DNA of 64,000 nt from Candidatus Marinacidobacterales bacterium. GTDB taxonomy: Bacteria > Acidobacteriota > Vicinamibacteria > Marinacidobacterales > DATDRI01. Where the stretch lies: NCBI GenBank assembly GCA_965219415.1, contig CBDCNP010000002.1, positions 4,992,001-5,056,000 on the forward strand. The letters are read 5' to 3'. Each line of letters begins with the position of its first letter. The first letter of the stretch is position 1. The position numbers and the translations under genes were made by a program. Below, piece by piece: positions 52,260-64,000 of the stretch. Below the pieces are notes generated by a model, which saw only the letters and a program-made list of their open reading frames with translations, did not search any database and had not been told where the DNA came from.

Positions 52260-53597
52260 TTAATGCCCAGAGGTGTTCGTATACTGGGTCGAAATTTCGC
52301 ATCTGCGCACTCTGCCACGAAGCTTGGTCAGCAAGTCCATGGCATGGGAACGACTCTCGACCGCAATCTGAGCTCGAAAGAACACTTCTTCCTGCTGATA
52401 GTCGAGTCTATCCACGGTCATGCCATTCGTCATGTGCTGCACGACGTCGACGACGCTCGGGCCGTCGCTCGAGAAAAAACGGCTCGCATCTCCGGTCACG
52501 GTGAGAACCAAGCGGTCCGGCCTGCCAGCTGCACCCCACCCTTTCAACCATATGACGAAGGGCGTTACGACACACACCGTCGCGACGCCGAGCATCAGAT
52601 GGTTCCCTCCCAATGCCACGCCGAGGCCAATGCAAACGAGGAGATACACGAGCTCTTCGGGACTCGCGATCGAGGTTCTGAACCTGATAATGGACAAGGC
52701 ACCGATGAGACCTAAGGCAAGCGCGGGCGAGTACTGTACGACCGAGATGACGACGATCGTGCTGAGTGTGAAGAGCGGGAGCACGTCAGCGAAAGGCTCC
52801 CGATTGACGACCGTTGAAGAGCAACGTCGGTAGAGCTCGCGAATTGCCAGCGCCAACAAACCGCCTACCAGGAGGTTGACGACGAAGCGCATCGTCGTGA
52901 CTTGGTCGTCCGGCCCGATACCGGAGTAGTCGAATTGTTCCCCCAACCAATCGGAGGAGTCGGCGGGGAGCCGTTCGATGGTATCGGCTAATCTTCGCCA
53001 TGGCCGTTCGGCAAGAATCGGAGCTCCCCACACAGTCTGGATACGCTCGGCCCACAGCACGTTTTCGCGTGGCGGGACCGCCTGGGTCGAAAACGTCAAG
53101 ACGATGGTCTGGCCTTCCCAGGATGATAAATCGACCCGGCGTTCGTGCCACCGGTTGGCTTCACTGGCTCTGAATGTCTCCCGGTAGATGCTGGTCGCTT
53201 CTTCCCCATCTGGCCCCTCCGGTCCCACCAGAGTGATTCGATACTCGACTCGGGCGCGGCGAACGCTTTGCGCCATGACCAATGCCGGCGAAAACTCGAG
53301 AAAGCCTGCGGGAGGCACCGCGACCTCGAAACTCACGGTGGATGGAAACGGAGGTGTCAACGATTCAATCTCCCTCCCGCCGATTTCCACCGGGCCGGAG
53401 GCGCTCGGCTCGTTGACGAAATCGGGATAGCGACCGTCTCCGAAACGCGTGGCGGCTTCGGGGACGCCGTCCACCAGCTCACTGTCCCGCGAAGAGGGAC
53501 CGCAGGCCCAAGAGATCGTGGTCAAGATTGCCAGGGTCGCGAGTGCGAGGTACCGCCGTAGACCTTTGAGAGAAGTCTTGGTCCGGGGCATAGACAT
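52260..53597 (-). CDS. DUF4956 protein with N-terminal extracytoplasmic beta-rich domain (possible lipoprotein)
   Basis: Signal ending SWAC, W....VDLS.W.GQ...L.F...WG.P domain, then SPALALGLIGALSIIRFRTSIASPEELVYL. Confidence 0.82.
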   Translation of the reverse strand: MSMPRTKTSLKGLRRYLALATLAILTTISWACGPSSRDSELVDGVPEAATRFGDGRYPDFVNEPSASGPVEIGGREIESLTPPFPSTVSFEVAVPPAGFLEFSPALVMAQSVRRARVEYRITLVGPEGPDGEEATSIYRETFRASEANRWHERRVDLSSWEGQTIVLTFSTQAVPPRENVLWAERIQTVWGAPILAERPWRRLADTIERLPADSSDWLGEQFDYSGIGPDDQVTTMRFVVNLLVGGLLALAIRELYRRCSSTVVNREPFADVLPLFTLSTIVVISVVQYSPALALGLIGALSIIRFRTSIASPEELVYLLVCIGLGVALGGNHLMLGVATVCVVTPFVIWLKGWGAAGRPDRLVLTVTGDASRFFSSDGPSVVDVVQHMTNGMTVDRLDYQQEEVFFRAQIAVESRSHAMDLLTKLRGRVRRCEISTQYTNTSGH

Positions 53598-53643
53598 CGA
53601 GTCGAGCGATGTTAGTCTAGTCGCCTCCAACGGGCAAGCCGCT

Positions 53644-54729
53644 GCCTTGGTGCACAACTCGCGATCTCGGTCCACAATTGTCCTGTACTCGCGGATACGA
53701 GGTTCCCCATGAGCATTTTCAAACGCACTCAGCGGGAAGTATGTGAAGAAGGCCTATCGCGTGAGGAATTGGCGTGAATATGAGGCGGGTCTACGCAACC
53801 GCGGGAGCCTGACCGTCTGGATCTCGCTCACCGCCGGCAAGCTTGTGAACTGGGACGCGCCCCGGCCAAGGAGGAGGAAACCGGGCCGTCAACGCAAGTA
53901 CTCGAACCACGCCATCGAGACGGCTGTCACCCTGGGCATGGTGTTTCATCTGTCATCTAGGCAGAGCGAGGGATTGCTGCGGTCGTTGTTCGCTCTGATG
54001 AAGCTAGACAGTGATGTGCCCGATCACACCACGATCTCGAGGCGCAAGCCGAAGCTGGGTAAGGTCCCCTTCTACCAAGTCAAGCAGAAGACGCCGTTGC
54101 ACATCTTGTTCGACAGCAGCGGTCTCGCTGTCCACGCCGGCCAGCTGCGCAGAGCACAAAAGAGCAGGGACTATCGCAAGCTCCATCTGTGTGTCGACGA
54201 GCAGAGTGGCGAAGTCGTCGCCGGCGAGCTGACGAGCAAAAGAGCCCGCGATTCATCGCGGGTTGCATCGCTTGTCGGACAGATCGACAGTCCCATCTCA
54301 TCGGCCAGAGCTGACACCGCATACGACGCCGGCGGCGTCTATGAGGCAATCGAGAATCACAGCGCTCATCGCTCGCCGAGGGTGCTGATACCGCCGCGCA
54401 AGGGCGCCCTGCTCGCATCGGGGCCGGCGAGCAGCCGACAGCGCAATCGCAACATTGCAGCACAAGCTCGGCTCGGCAAACGAAAGTGGCACACAGAATC
54501 GGGCTACAGCAAACGGAGCAAAGTCGAGACAACGTTCCATCGCTACAAGGCTATCGTGGGCTCAGCGATGCGAGCGAGAGGGTTGGCGGCACAGAGAGGT
54601 GAGGCAAGGATCGGGTGCAAGATTCTCAACACCATGACGGCGCTCGGGATGCCTGATAGCGAGATGATCGGATGATGGGAGTCGGGGCCAAGCGAGCTCT
54701 CGGCCTCTATCGGAGTTGTGCACCAAGGC
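53644..54729 (+). mobile_element. IS5-family element, copy 2 (transposase 53709-54675, one indel near 53735)
   Basis: Near-identical to 18101-19185, same IRs. Confidence 0.94.
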
Positions 54730-55021
54730 AGCCTTTCGGCACGTACGTATGGTTGGTCCGTGAGGAGGTCGTAGGCTATCACTTATAGGCCGGCTGCAGG
54801 CATCTATTAATGGACTGGGGCCCACCGCCGCCTGGCTATCTCCGGCTCAAGCAACCACGTATTTTGACGGCCGACAAGCTGCTCCGCATGAGCTTGCTCG
54901 CGCCTCCGCGACAGCTGAGGGCTCTCCTGGCCGGCGGGCCTCCCGGGCCTCCCGGCCCGTTGTGCGCTCCTTGTCGGTCGAGCATGCATCTGGTATCATG
55001 AGCAACATATGGAGTTAGAGG

Positions 55022-55342
55022 TTGCCGGTGGAAGGTGAAGACAAACTAAGACCGATGGTTCGTGACCTCGAGAAGAGTATCGAGCGAGCGATCTCGAGTT
55101 CGCCACAGGTGGAAGAGTGTTTGTCTCGTGTTCGCGATGCGGGGTACGAAGTTTCGCTCGTGCTCCAAGCGACTCTGGTGTTCGCGCCTACCGGCCAGCT
55201 GGACGAAACGGCGGCCGAGACCCTTGCCGGAATTTCGGGGGAGAAGGGGGCTTCTTTTCGGATTAGCCCGCTGGACAAGAAATTTCTGCGCTCTCTCAAA
55301 ATCGCCGTCGATGCCACAGAAGACGACAAAACCCGCTCTTAG
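55022..55342 (+). CDS. Conserved small hypothetical protein
   Basis: I...IS.S......L......GY.V.LVL.AT and D.KFLRSLKI pattern, recalled from Acidobacteria hypotheticals. Confidence 0.65.
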   Translation: MPVEGEDKLRPMVRDLEKSIERAISSSPQVEECLSRVRDAGYEVSLVLQATLVFAPTGQLDETAAETLAGISGEKGASFRISPLDKKFLRSLKIAVDATEDDKTRS

Positions 55343-55377
55343 CATGTTTTTCGGGCGGCGACCGCCCTCCTGCCAAC

Positions 55378-58921
<3,544 letters not shown>

Positions 58922-58959
58922 GCCGTTTCACCGGAAAGCCAGAAATAAGAAAAGAGCGC

Positions 58960-58987
58960 GCCACCCGAGATTCGGGTGGCTTTTTTT
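58960..58987 (+). terminator. Rho-independent terminator
   Basis: GCCACCCGA/TCGGGTGGC 9-bp stem followed by T7. Confidence 0.88.
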
Positions 58988-59089
58988 GCCCGCCGCCTGG
59001 TAGGTCGATTCCCAGCCTCTTGGCGCCCAACAGGATCTGAAGGCCGCTCGGGTTTGGAATATCCCTCTCTGTCACAAGCCATTAGATGG

Positions 59090-59131
59090 ATCCGAAGAGA
59101 TGGATCGAGAATCCGAAGAAATGGATCCAAA
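59090..59131. promoter_or_regulatory. Two tandem 21-bp repeats, putative enhancer (UAS) for a sigma-54 activator
   Basis: ATCCGAAGAGATGGATCGAGA / ATCCGAAGAAATGGATCCAAA (18/21), each with an ATCC-N8-GGAT dyad. Confidence 0.6.
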
Positions 59132-59207
59132 ATCGTCCCAGAGGGTCGGTTCCGGAACTAACCCACCTTTTGAAAAGGGTTTAGGGGAGTGAAGCGGGAG
59201 CAGCTAA

Positions 59208-59223
59208 TGGTACGGAAATTGCT
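59208..59223 (+). promoter_or_regulatory. Sigma-54 -24/-12 promoter
   Basis: TGGTAC-GGAAA-TTGCT, one mismatch from TGGCAC-N5-TTGCW, about 50 bp before the kinase start. Confidence 0.75.
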
Positions 59224-59272
59224 CGTAGCTCCTTGGGTAATTAGGTCTTAGATAGAATGTCATGAGGCACAT

Positions 59273-62194
59273 GTGAAACTGACCCCCAAAGCGCGATCCT
59301 TGAAAGTCCTGCTAGTCCTAACGACTACCGGGACGCTTCTCGTTCTGGGGCTCAACAACATCCTGCTCAAGGCCAGCTTCCACCTTCTGGATGATGGTGT
59401 TTTCTGGGAGGCCAAGGAAGCACAAGTGGTGGCCAAGCGGATGGATCCGGAGGGCCCAGCGGCGCAAGCGGGGCTTCGAAAGGGCGACGTACTGGTGGCC
59501 ATCGGTGATCATGCGGTCGATGCGCCGATTGACGTGCGAGAGGTTCTCGATCGCTCCTCCGAAGGTCAAACGCTCACCTACCAGGTGATTCGAGTCGATG
59601 AGCGCCGCGCGTTTTCGATTCCGGTTGAGCCTCTGCCGCGAGGAAACGTTGGCCTTTACTACTTCCTGGCAGCGGTGGGGATCTTCTCGCTGGTGGTGGG
59701 CACCGTGGTCTATGTCCGCCGGCGAGGGGTCGTGGGAACAGCGCACTTCTATCTTCTCTGCGTGTTCTGGTTTTTGGCCTGGGGTATCACTTTCACCGGC
59801 AAGCTGAACGTTTGGGACTCTGCCTTTTATTGGATGGACGTGGTCGGGGTGCTTTTCTTCCCACCGGTGTTCTTACATTTCGCGCTCGGTTTCCCGGAAA
59901 GAAAACCGTTTGTAGAAACGCACCGATGGGTCTTCCCGCTTCTTTACGTCCCCTCCCTTCTGTTGATCTATGTGATCCTCCTTGGGAAGCTTTTCTTTTT
60001 TGCCAAAGTTCCGTGGGGAGACGAGTTCTTCGTTCAATCGAATCAGGTGCTCGACCGCTTGCTACCGTTTTACGTGGCGGTCATGTCCCTCGCGGCCTTT
60101 GCCGGCTTCGTCGATTCCTACCACAGGGCGCGAACCATTACCGTCAAGAAGCAGACGAAGTGGATCGTTTGGGGAACCGGTTTCGGAATCGCACCTTTCG
60201 CGCTCTTTTATGCACTCCCGTACTTGCTCGGTTTCCAGCCTAGTCTGGCACTGGAGCTCTCGGCCGTGCCGCTTGCGTTGATACCGTTGTCGTTTGCTTA
60301 CGCAATCGTCAAGTACCGGCTGATGGATGTCGAGGTTCTCTTCAAACGCGGCGTGGTCTACACCTTGGCTTCGGCCACCGTGGTCGGGCTCTATCTGGCG
60401 ATCTTTTTTCTCGGAACGCATTACTTGGTTGCCGACCCTCACAGCACGGTCATCGCACTCCTCGCCACGATGGTGGTGGTGCTGGTGTTCACGCCTTTGA
60501 AGAGCCGTATTCAAGTCGAGATCGACCGTCTGTTTTATCGGGAACGGTACAACTACCGAAATGCCCTGTTAGCGTTCTCGAGAGATTTAAACGGCTATCT
60601 AGATCTTGACCACCTTTCCCAAAGACTGGTCGAACGCATCCGCGATACTTTCGAAGTCGAAAAGGTTTCATTGCTGGTTCCCAACGGAGACGGTTACTTT
60701 TCGGTATTGGCTGGTTTGGGTCTATCGGAAACCGAATGGCGCACCGTTCGCATCGAGCCGGAGTCGACGCTGTTGAGCCGATTGGCTCAGGGCGCACCGG
60801 TGTACTACGACGGAGCGGAAGCCCGGGAAGGCGGGGAGTTGCCAGAGCTTGACGAGTTCATGACGCATGGGTTGCCTTACGCGATCCCGTGCCTAGCTCA
60901 GGGCAAAGTCGTCGGCGTGATCCTGCTCGGCCGTCGTTGGGACCAAAGCGCGCTCTCCAGCGAAGACGTGGAACTTCTCCAGGCGCTGTCGGGCCAGGCG
61001 GCGACGGCTTTAGAGAACGCCCGTCTGTATCGCTCTTTGGAGCTCAAAGCGGAACAATTCGAGCGGCTGAAAGAACACAGCGAGAACACCATCGAGTCTC
61101 TCGAGGCCGGTATCTTGGTGCTCAATCTGGACGGCGAGGTCGTCCGCTGGAACCGTTCCCTCGAGCGACTGTACGGGGTCTCGCGAGAAGAAGCTTTGGG
61201 GCGCACCATCGAAGAGCTGTTTCCAGTCTCCTTCCAAGAGGTCTTGGTGGCTCGTATGGGAGAGGCCTGGTGGACAAAGGCCGAGGCCAGTGGCGTGTCC
61301 CGCTTGAACCTTCATAACCAGCGTGACGAGACCAAGGTGGTCACGCTTCGCGTGGCTCCTTTCGTTTCCGGCACCGGAGAGACTCAAGGGACGATCGTCA
61401 TCTTCGAAGACGTTTCGGAACGGGTCGGACTCGAGACGCAGCTTCGACTCCGCGAGAAGATGGCCTCGCTAGGCCTCCTCGCTGCGGGAGTCGCACACGA
61501 GGTCAATACTCCATTGACCGGCATCAGCAGCTTCACACAAATGCTGATAAACCGAACGGCGCGGGACGATCCCCGCGCCAAGCTCTTGGAGAAGGTGGAG
61601 CGTCAGACCGAGCGCGCTTCCAAGATCGTCAACAACCTTCTCAACTTCGCGCGCCAAGGTCGTTCGAGCTTCGTCCCGGTGGACGTCAATGAGCAGATTC
61701 AAGATGTGCTGTCCCTACTAGAGCACCAACTGACACGTGCCCGGGTCCAAGTCCGGCTCGAGCTGAGCGAGGATTTGCCAAAAGTTCTGGGCGACGAGAA
61801 CAAACTCCAACAGGTGTTCTTGAATCTGATCCTGAACGCGCAAGACGCGATGCCATCCGGTGGATGGCTCACCATCAAGACGCTCGCACAAACCACCAGT
61901 GTAACGGTGGAAGTTGCCGATACCGGTCAGGGCATCAGCAAGGATGATGTCAAGAGGATTTACGACCCGTTCTTTACGACTAAGCGCGCCGGACGGAGCG
62001 GCACCGGCTTGGGCCTTTCGATCAGCTACGGAATTGTTCAAGAACACTCCGGACACATTTCGGTGGAAAGCGCGGTGGGCAAGGGAACGCGTTTTCAGAT
62101 CAAATTGCCCCCCCTGGAGAGGGTGGCGGCCTCCTCGGCGGCCAAGAGTTCCGTGGCCGGATCCGGCGGGCTGGGGAAGGCGAAAGGGAGCTAG
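59273..62194 (+). CDS. Membrane sensor histidine kinase: PDZ + multi-TM + GAF + PAS + HisKA/HATPase
   Basis: GPAAQAGLRKGDVLVAI (PDZ), YAIVKYRLMDV, ALENARLY, AGVAHEVNTPL, DPFFTTK, GTGLGL. Confidence 0.93.
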   Translation: MKLTPKARSLKVLLVLTTTGTLLVLGLNNILLKASFHLLDDGVFWEAKEAQVVAKRMDPEGPAAQAGLRKGDVLVAIGDHAVDAPIDVREVLDRSSEGQTLTYQVIRVDERRAFSIPVEPLPRGNVGLYYFLAAVGIFSLVVGTVVYVRRRGVVGTAHFYLLCVFWFLAWGITFTGKLNVWDSAFYWMDVVGVLFFPPVFLHFALGFPERKPFVETHRWVFPLLYVPSLLLIYVILLGKLFFFAKVPWGDEFFVQSNQVLDRLLPFYVAVMSLAAFAGFVDSYHRARTITVKKQTKWIVWGTGFGIAPFALFYALPYLLGFQPSLALELSAVPLALIPLSFAYAIVKYRLMDVEVLFKRGVVYTLASATVVGLYLAIFFLGTHYLVADPHSTVIALLATMVVVLVFTPLKSRIQVEIDRLFYRERYNYRNALLAFSRDLNGYLDLDHLSQRLVERIRDTFEVEKVSLLVPNGDGYFSVLAGLGLSETEWRTVRIEPESTLLSRLAQGAPVYYDGAEAREGGELPELDEFMTHGLPYAIPCLAQGKVVGVILLGRRWDQSALSSEDVELLQALSGQAATALENARLYRSLELKAEQFERLKEHSENTIESLEAGILVLNLDGEVVRWNRSLERLYGVSREEALGRTIEELFPVSFQEVLVARMGEAWWTKAEASGVSRLNLHNQRDETKVVTLRVAPFVSGTGETQGTIVIFEDVSERVGLETQLRLREKMASLGLLAAGVAHEVNTPLTGISSFTQMLINRTARDDPRAKLLEKVERQTERASKIVNNLLNFARQGRSSFVPVDVNEQIQDVLSLLEHQLTRARVQVRLELSEDLPKVLGDENKLQQVFLNLILNAQDAMPSGGWLTIKTLAQTTSVTVEVADTGQGISKDDVKRIYDPFFTTKRAGRSGTGLGLSISYGIVQEHSGHISVESAVGKGTRFQIKLPPLERVAASSAAKSSVAGSGGLGKAKGS

Positions 62195-62367
62195 GAACGC
62201 CGTCCGACGCTTCTGAAGTCGCAAGATGCTTTTTGAAGTGTTCGAGCGTCGTCGCTATGTCGCGCGTTTTCCGTCGCCCGGCCAGAGGAGCTGGAAGAAG
62301 AAGACGAGCAAGTTCGAACCCGCACATTTGGTCATCCCCGGAAGCCGAGCCAGAATAGAGATCGCAC

Positions 62368-63768
62368 ATGAGTGACAAAGGAACCGTTCTCGTCGTTGAC
62401 GACGAGGAGGTTATGCGCGAGATCTTGGACTCGTTGCTGACTAGGGAAGATTACCGCGTAAAGTTGGCGGCGACTGGCGAGGCCGGGCTCGACCTAGCCC
62501 GCCGCGAGCCGATCGATTTGGCAATCGTCGACGTCATGCTCCCCGACATGTCGGGCATCGAAGTGCTCGAGGCGCTCAAGAAGGCGGATCCGGAAATGGT
62601 GGTGATGATGATTACCGCCTTCGCCTCAGTAGAAACGGCCATCACCGCGATGAAGATGGGTGCCTTTGACTATATCGCCAAGCCTTTCAAGAATGATGAG
62701 GTGCTGGCGGTAGTGGCCAACGGAGCCCACCAGCGTCATCTTGTCACCGAGAACCGCACGCTCAAACAGGCTCTCTCCAGCCACCAGCGCTACGATGTCC
62801 TGGTGGGCAAGGCGCCCAAGATGCAGGAAGTTTACAGCTTGATCCAGCAGGTAGCGCCTTCCCGAAGCACCGTCCTGATCTCTGGCGAAAGTGGTACCGG
62901 GAAGGAGTTGGCGGCCAAAGCCATTCACAACAACAGCGCGCGTCGCGAGAAGCCTTTCGTCACCGTGAATTCGGGGAGCCTACCGCCGGACTTGCTCGAG
63001 AGCAATCTGTTCGGGCACGTCAAAGGAGCCTTCACCGGAGCGGTCAGCCCCAAGAAGGGTCTCTTCGAAGTCGCTAGTGGTGGAAGCATCTTTTTTGACG
63101 AAATCGGGACCGTTCATATAGAGACACAAGCCAAGCTCCTTCGCGTCATTCAGGAGAAGGAGTTCATGCGTCTGGGAGGCGTCGACAACATTAGGGTCGA
63201 TGTCCGCATCATTGCGGCGACTAACACCGATCTCAAACAGCTCGTGGATCAAGGCGGCTTCCGAGAGGATCTCTACTATCGTCTGAATGTCATCAACGTC
63301 ACGCTGCCCGCGCTGCGGCTTCGAAAAGAGGATATCCCTCTGTTGGTGAATCACTTTCTCACTAAATACGGTGAAGAGAACGAACGTCCCCACCTCGAGC
63401 TGGAAAAGGAGGCTCTGCAGGCACTCGTTGAGTACGACTGGCCGGGCAACGTGCGGGAGCTCGAGAACGTCATCGAGCGGGCGGTGGTGCTGACGGAAGG
63501 CATCTCTATCGATCGCCAGCTCATCCCCGAGCACGTCCGTTCCGGCCCTTCCTTCAGCGTGCCGCAGGTGGTCGTTCCCGAGGAAGGGATCTCTTTCCGC
63601 GAGGTCATCACCGATTTCGAAAAAAAACTCATCGAGTCATCGCTCGAAACATCCGGAGGAGTACAAAAGAAGGCAGCGCAACTTCTCGGACTCAAGCCCA
63701 CGACCCTGAACGAGATGATCAAACGCTACAATATCCAGTTGGAGAGGAAAGAAACGTCGACTCGTTAG
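62368..63768 (+). CDS. Sigma-54-dependent NtrC-family response regulator
   Basis: REC domain, GESGTGKE, GAFTGA, FFDEIG, WPGNVRELEN, Fis-type HTH. Confidence 0.96.
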   Translation: MSDKGTVLVVDDEEVMREILDSLLTREDYRVKLAATGEAGLDLARREPIDLAIVDVMLPDMSGIEVLEALKKADPEMVVMMITAFASVETAITAMKMGAFDYIAKPFKNDEVLAVVANGAHQRHLVTENRTLKQALSSHQRYDVLVGKAPKMQEVYSLIQQVAPSRSTVLISGESGTGKELAAKAIHNNSARREKPFVTVNSGSLPPDLLESNLFGHVKGAFTGAVSPKKGLFEVASGGSIFFDEIGTVHIETQAKLLRVIQEKEFMRLGGVDNIRVDVRIIAATNTDLKQLVDQGGFREDLYYRLNVINVTLPALRLRKEDIPLLVNHFLTKYGEENERPHLELEKEALQALVEYDWPGNVRELENVIERAVVLTEGISIDRQLIPEHVRSGPSFSVPQVVVPEEGISFREVITDFEKKLIESSLETSGGVQKKAAQLLGLKPTTLNEMIKRYNIQLERKETSTR

Positions 63769-63794
63769 TACCGATAACGACGGACGGTTGAAAA

Positions 63795-64000
63795 ATGAGG
63801 CGAATCATTCTCAACGTTTTCCTGGGAATCCTTTTCTTGGCGGTGACTCCGTTACCGAGTCTCGCGGAAGATGATCGCCTCGAAAAGCTAGGTCCCCAGC
63901 ACCGCAAATGGCTGGAGGAGGAGGTCGTCTACATCATCCTCGACCGTGAGCGTGAAGTCTTCCTCACTCTTGAGACCATGGACGATCGCAATCGATTCAT
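63795..64000 (+). CDS. GWxTD-domain protein, N-terminal part (runs off window)
   Basis: Signal peptide, then KWLEEEVVYII...E...FL.L.....R..F, the typical GWxTD domain start. Confidence 0.8.
   Translation, partial: MRRIILNVFLGILFLAVTPLPSLAEDDRLEKLGPQHRKWLEEEVVYIILDREREVFLTLETMDDRNRF

Noticed and set aside
18101-54729. Past inversion between the two oppositely oriented IS5 copies
   Set aside because: Swapping flanks does not restore a target duplication or the kinase gene.

Overview
GC-rich bacterial chromosome segment, probably Acidobacteriota (GWxTD protein, PDZ-type sensor kinase, conserved small hypothetical next to eno; taxonomy is an inference). From left to right: the end of a DNA phosphorothioation (dnd) locus (dndD plus a DndE-ATPase fusion) next to tRNA-Ser(TGA); an IS-riddled accessory zone (about 3.4-19.2 kb) with NIPSNAP, GT4, radical SAM and a 907-aa coiled-coil gene; housekeeping and metabolic genes (Btu/Fec-type ABC transporter, accD, folC, tandem-OsmC, HemN-like, hcrCAB-like molybdoenzyme, desaturase, trmB); an IS-broken OprO/P porin; a NarL-type two-component module with two visibly co-regulated target promoters; a convergent cluster of three DUF4956 membrane proteins (one fused to a VTC polyphosphate-polymerase domain) and two CotH kinases; then eno, a TonB-receptor-like gene and a sigma-54 PDZ-kinase/NtrC/GWxTD locus. 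There are nine full-length or near full-length ISs (IS256 x3, ISL3 x2, IS5 x2, IS1, IS3). Many single-base frameshifts may be assembly errors. The best candidate for an undescribed system is the VTC/DUF4956/CotH cluster at 46.5-53.6 kb. All family calls come from motif recognition by eye, not database searches.
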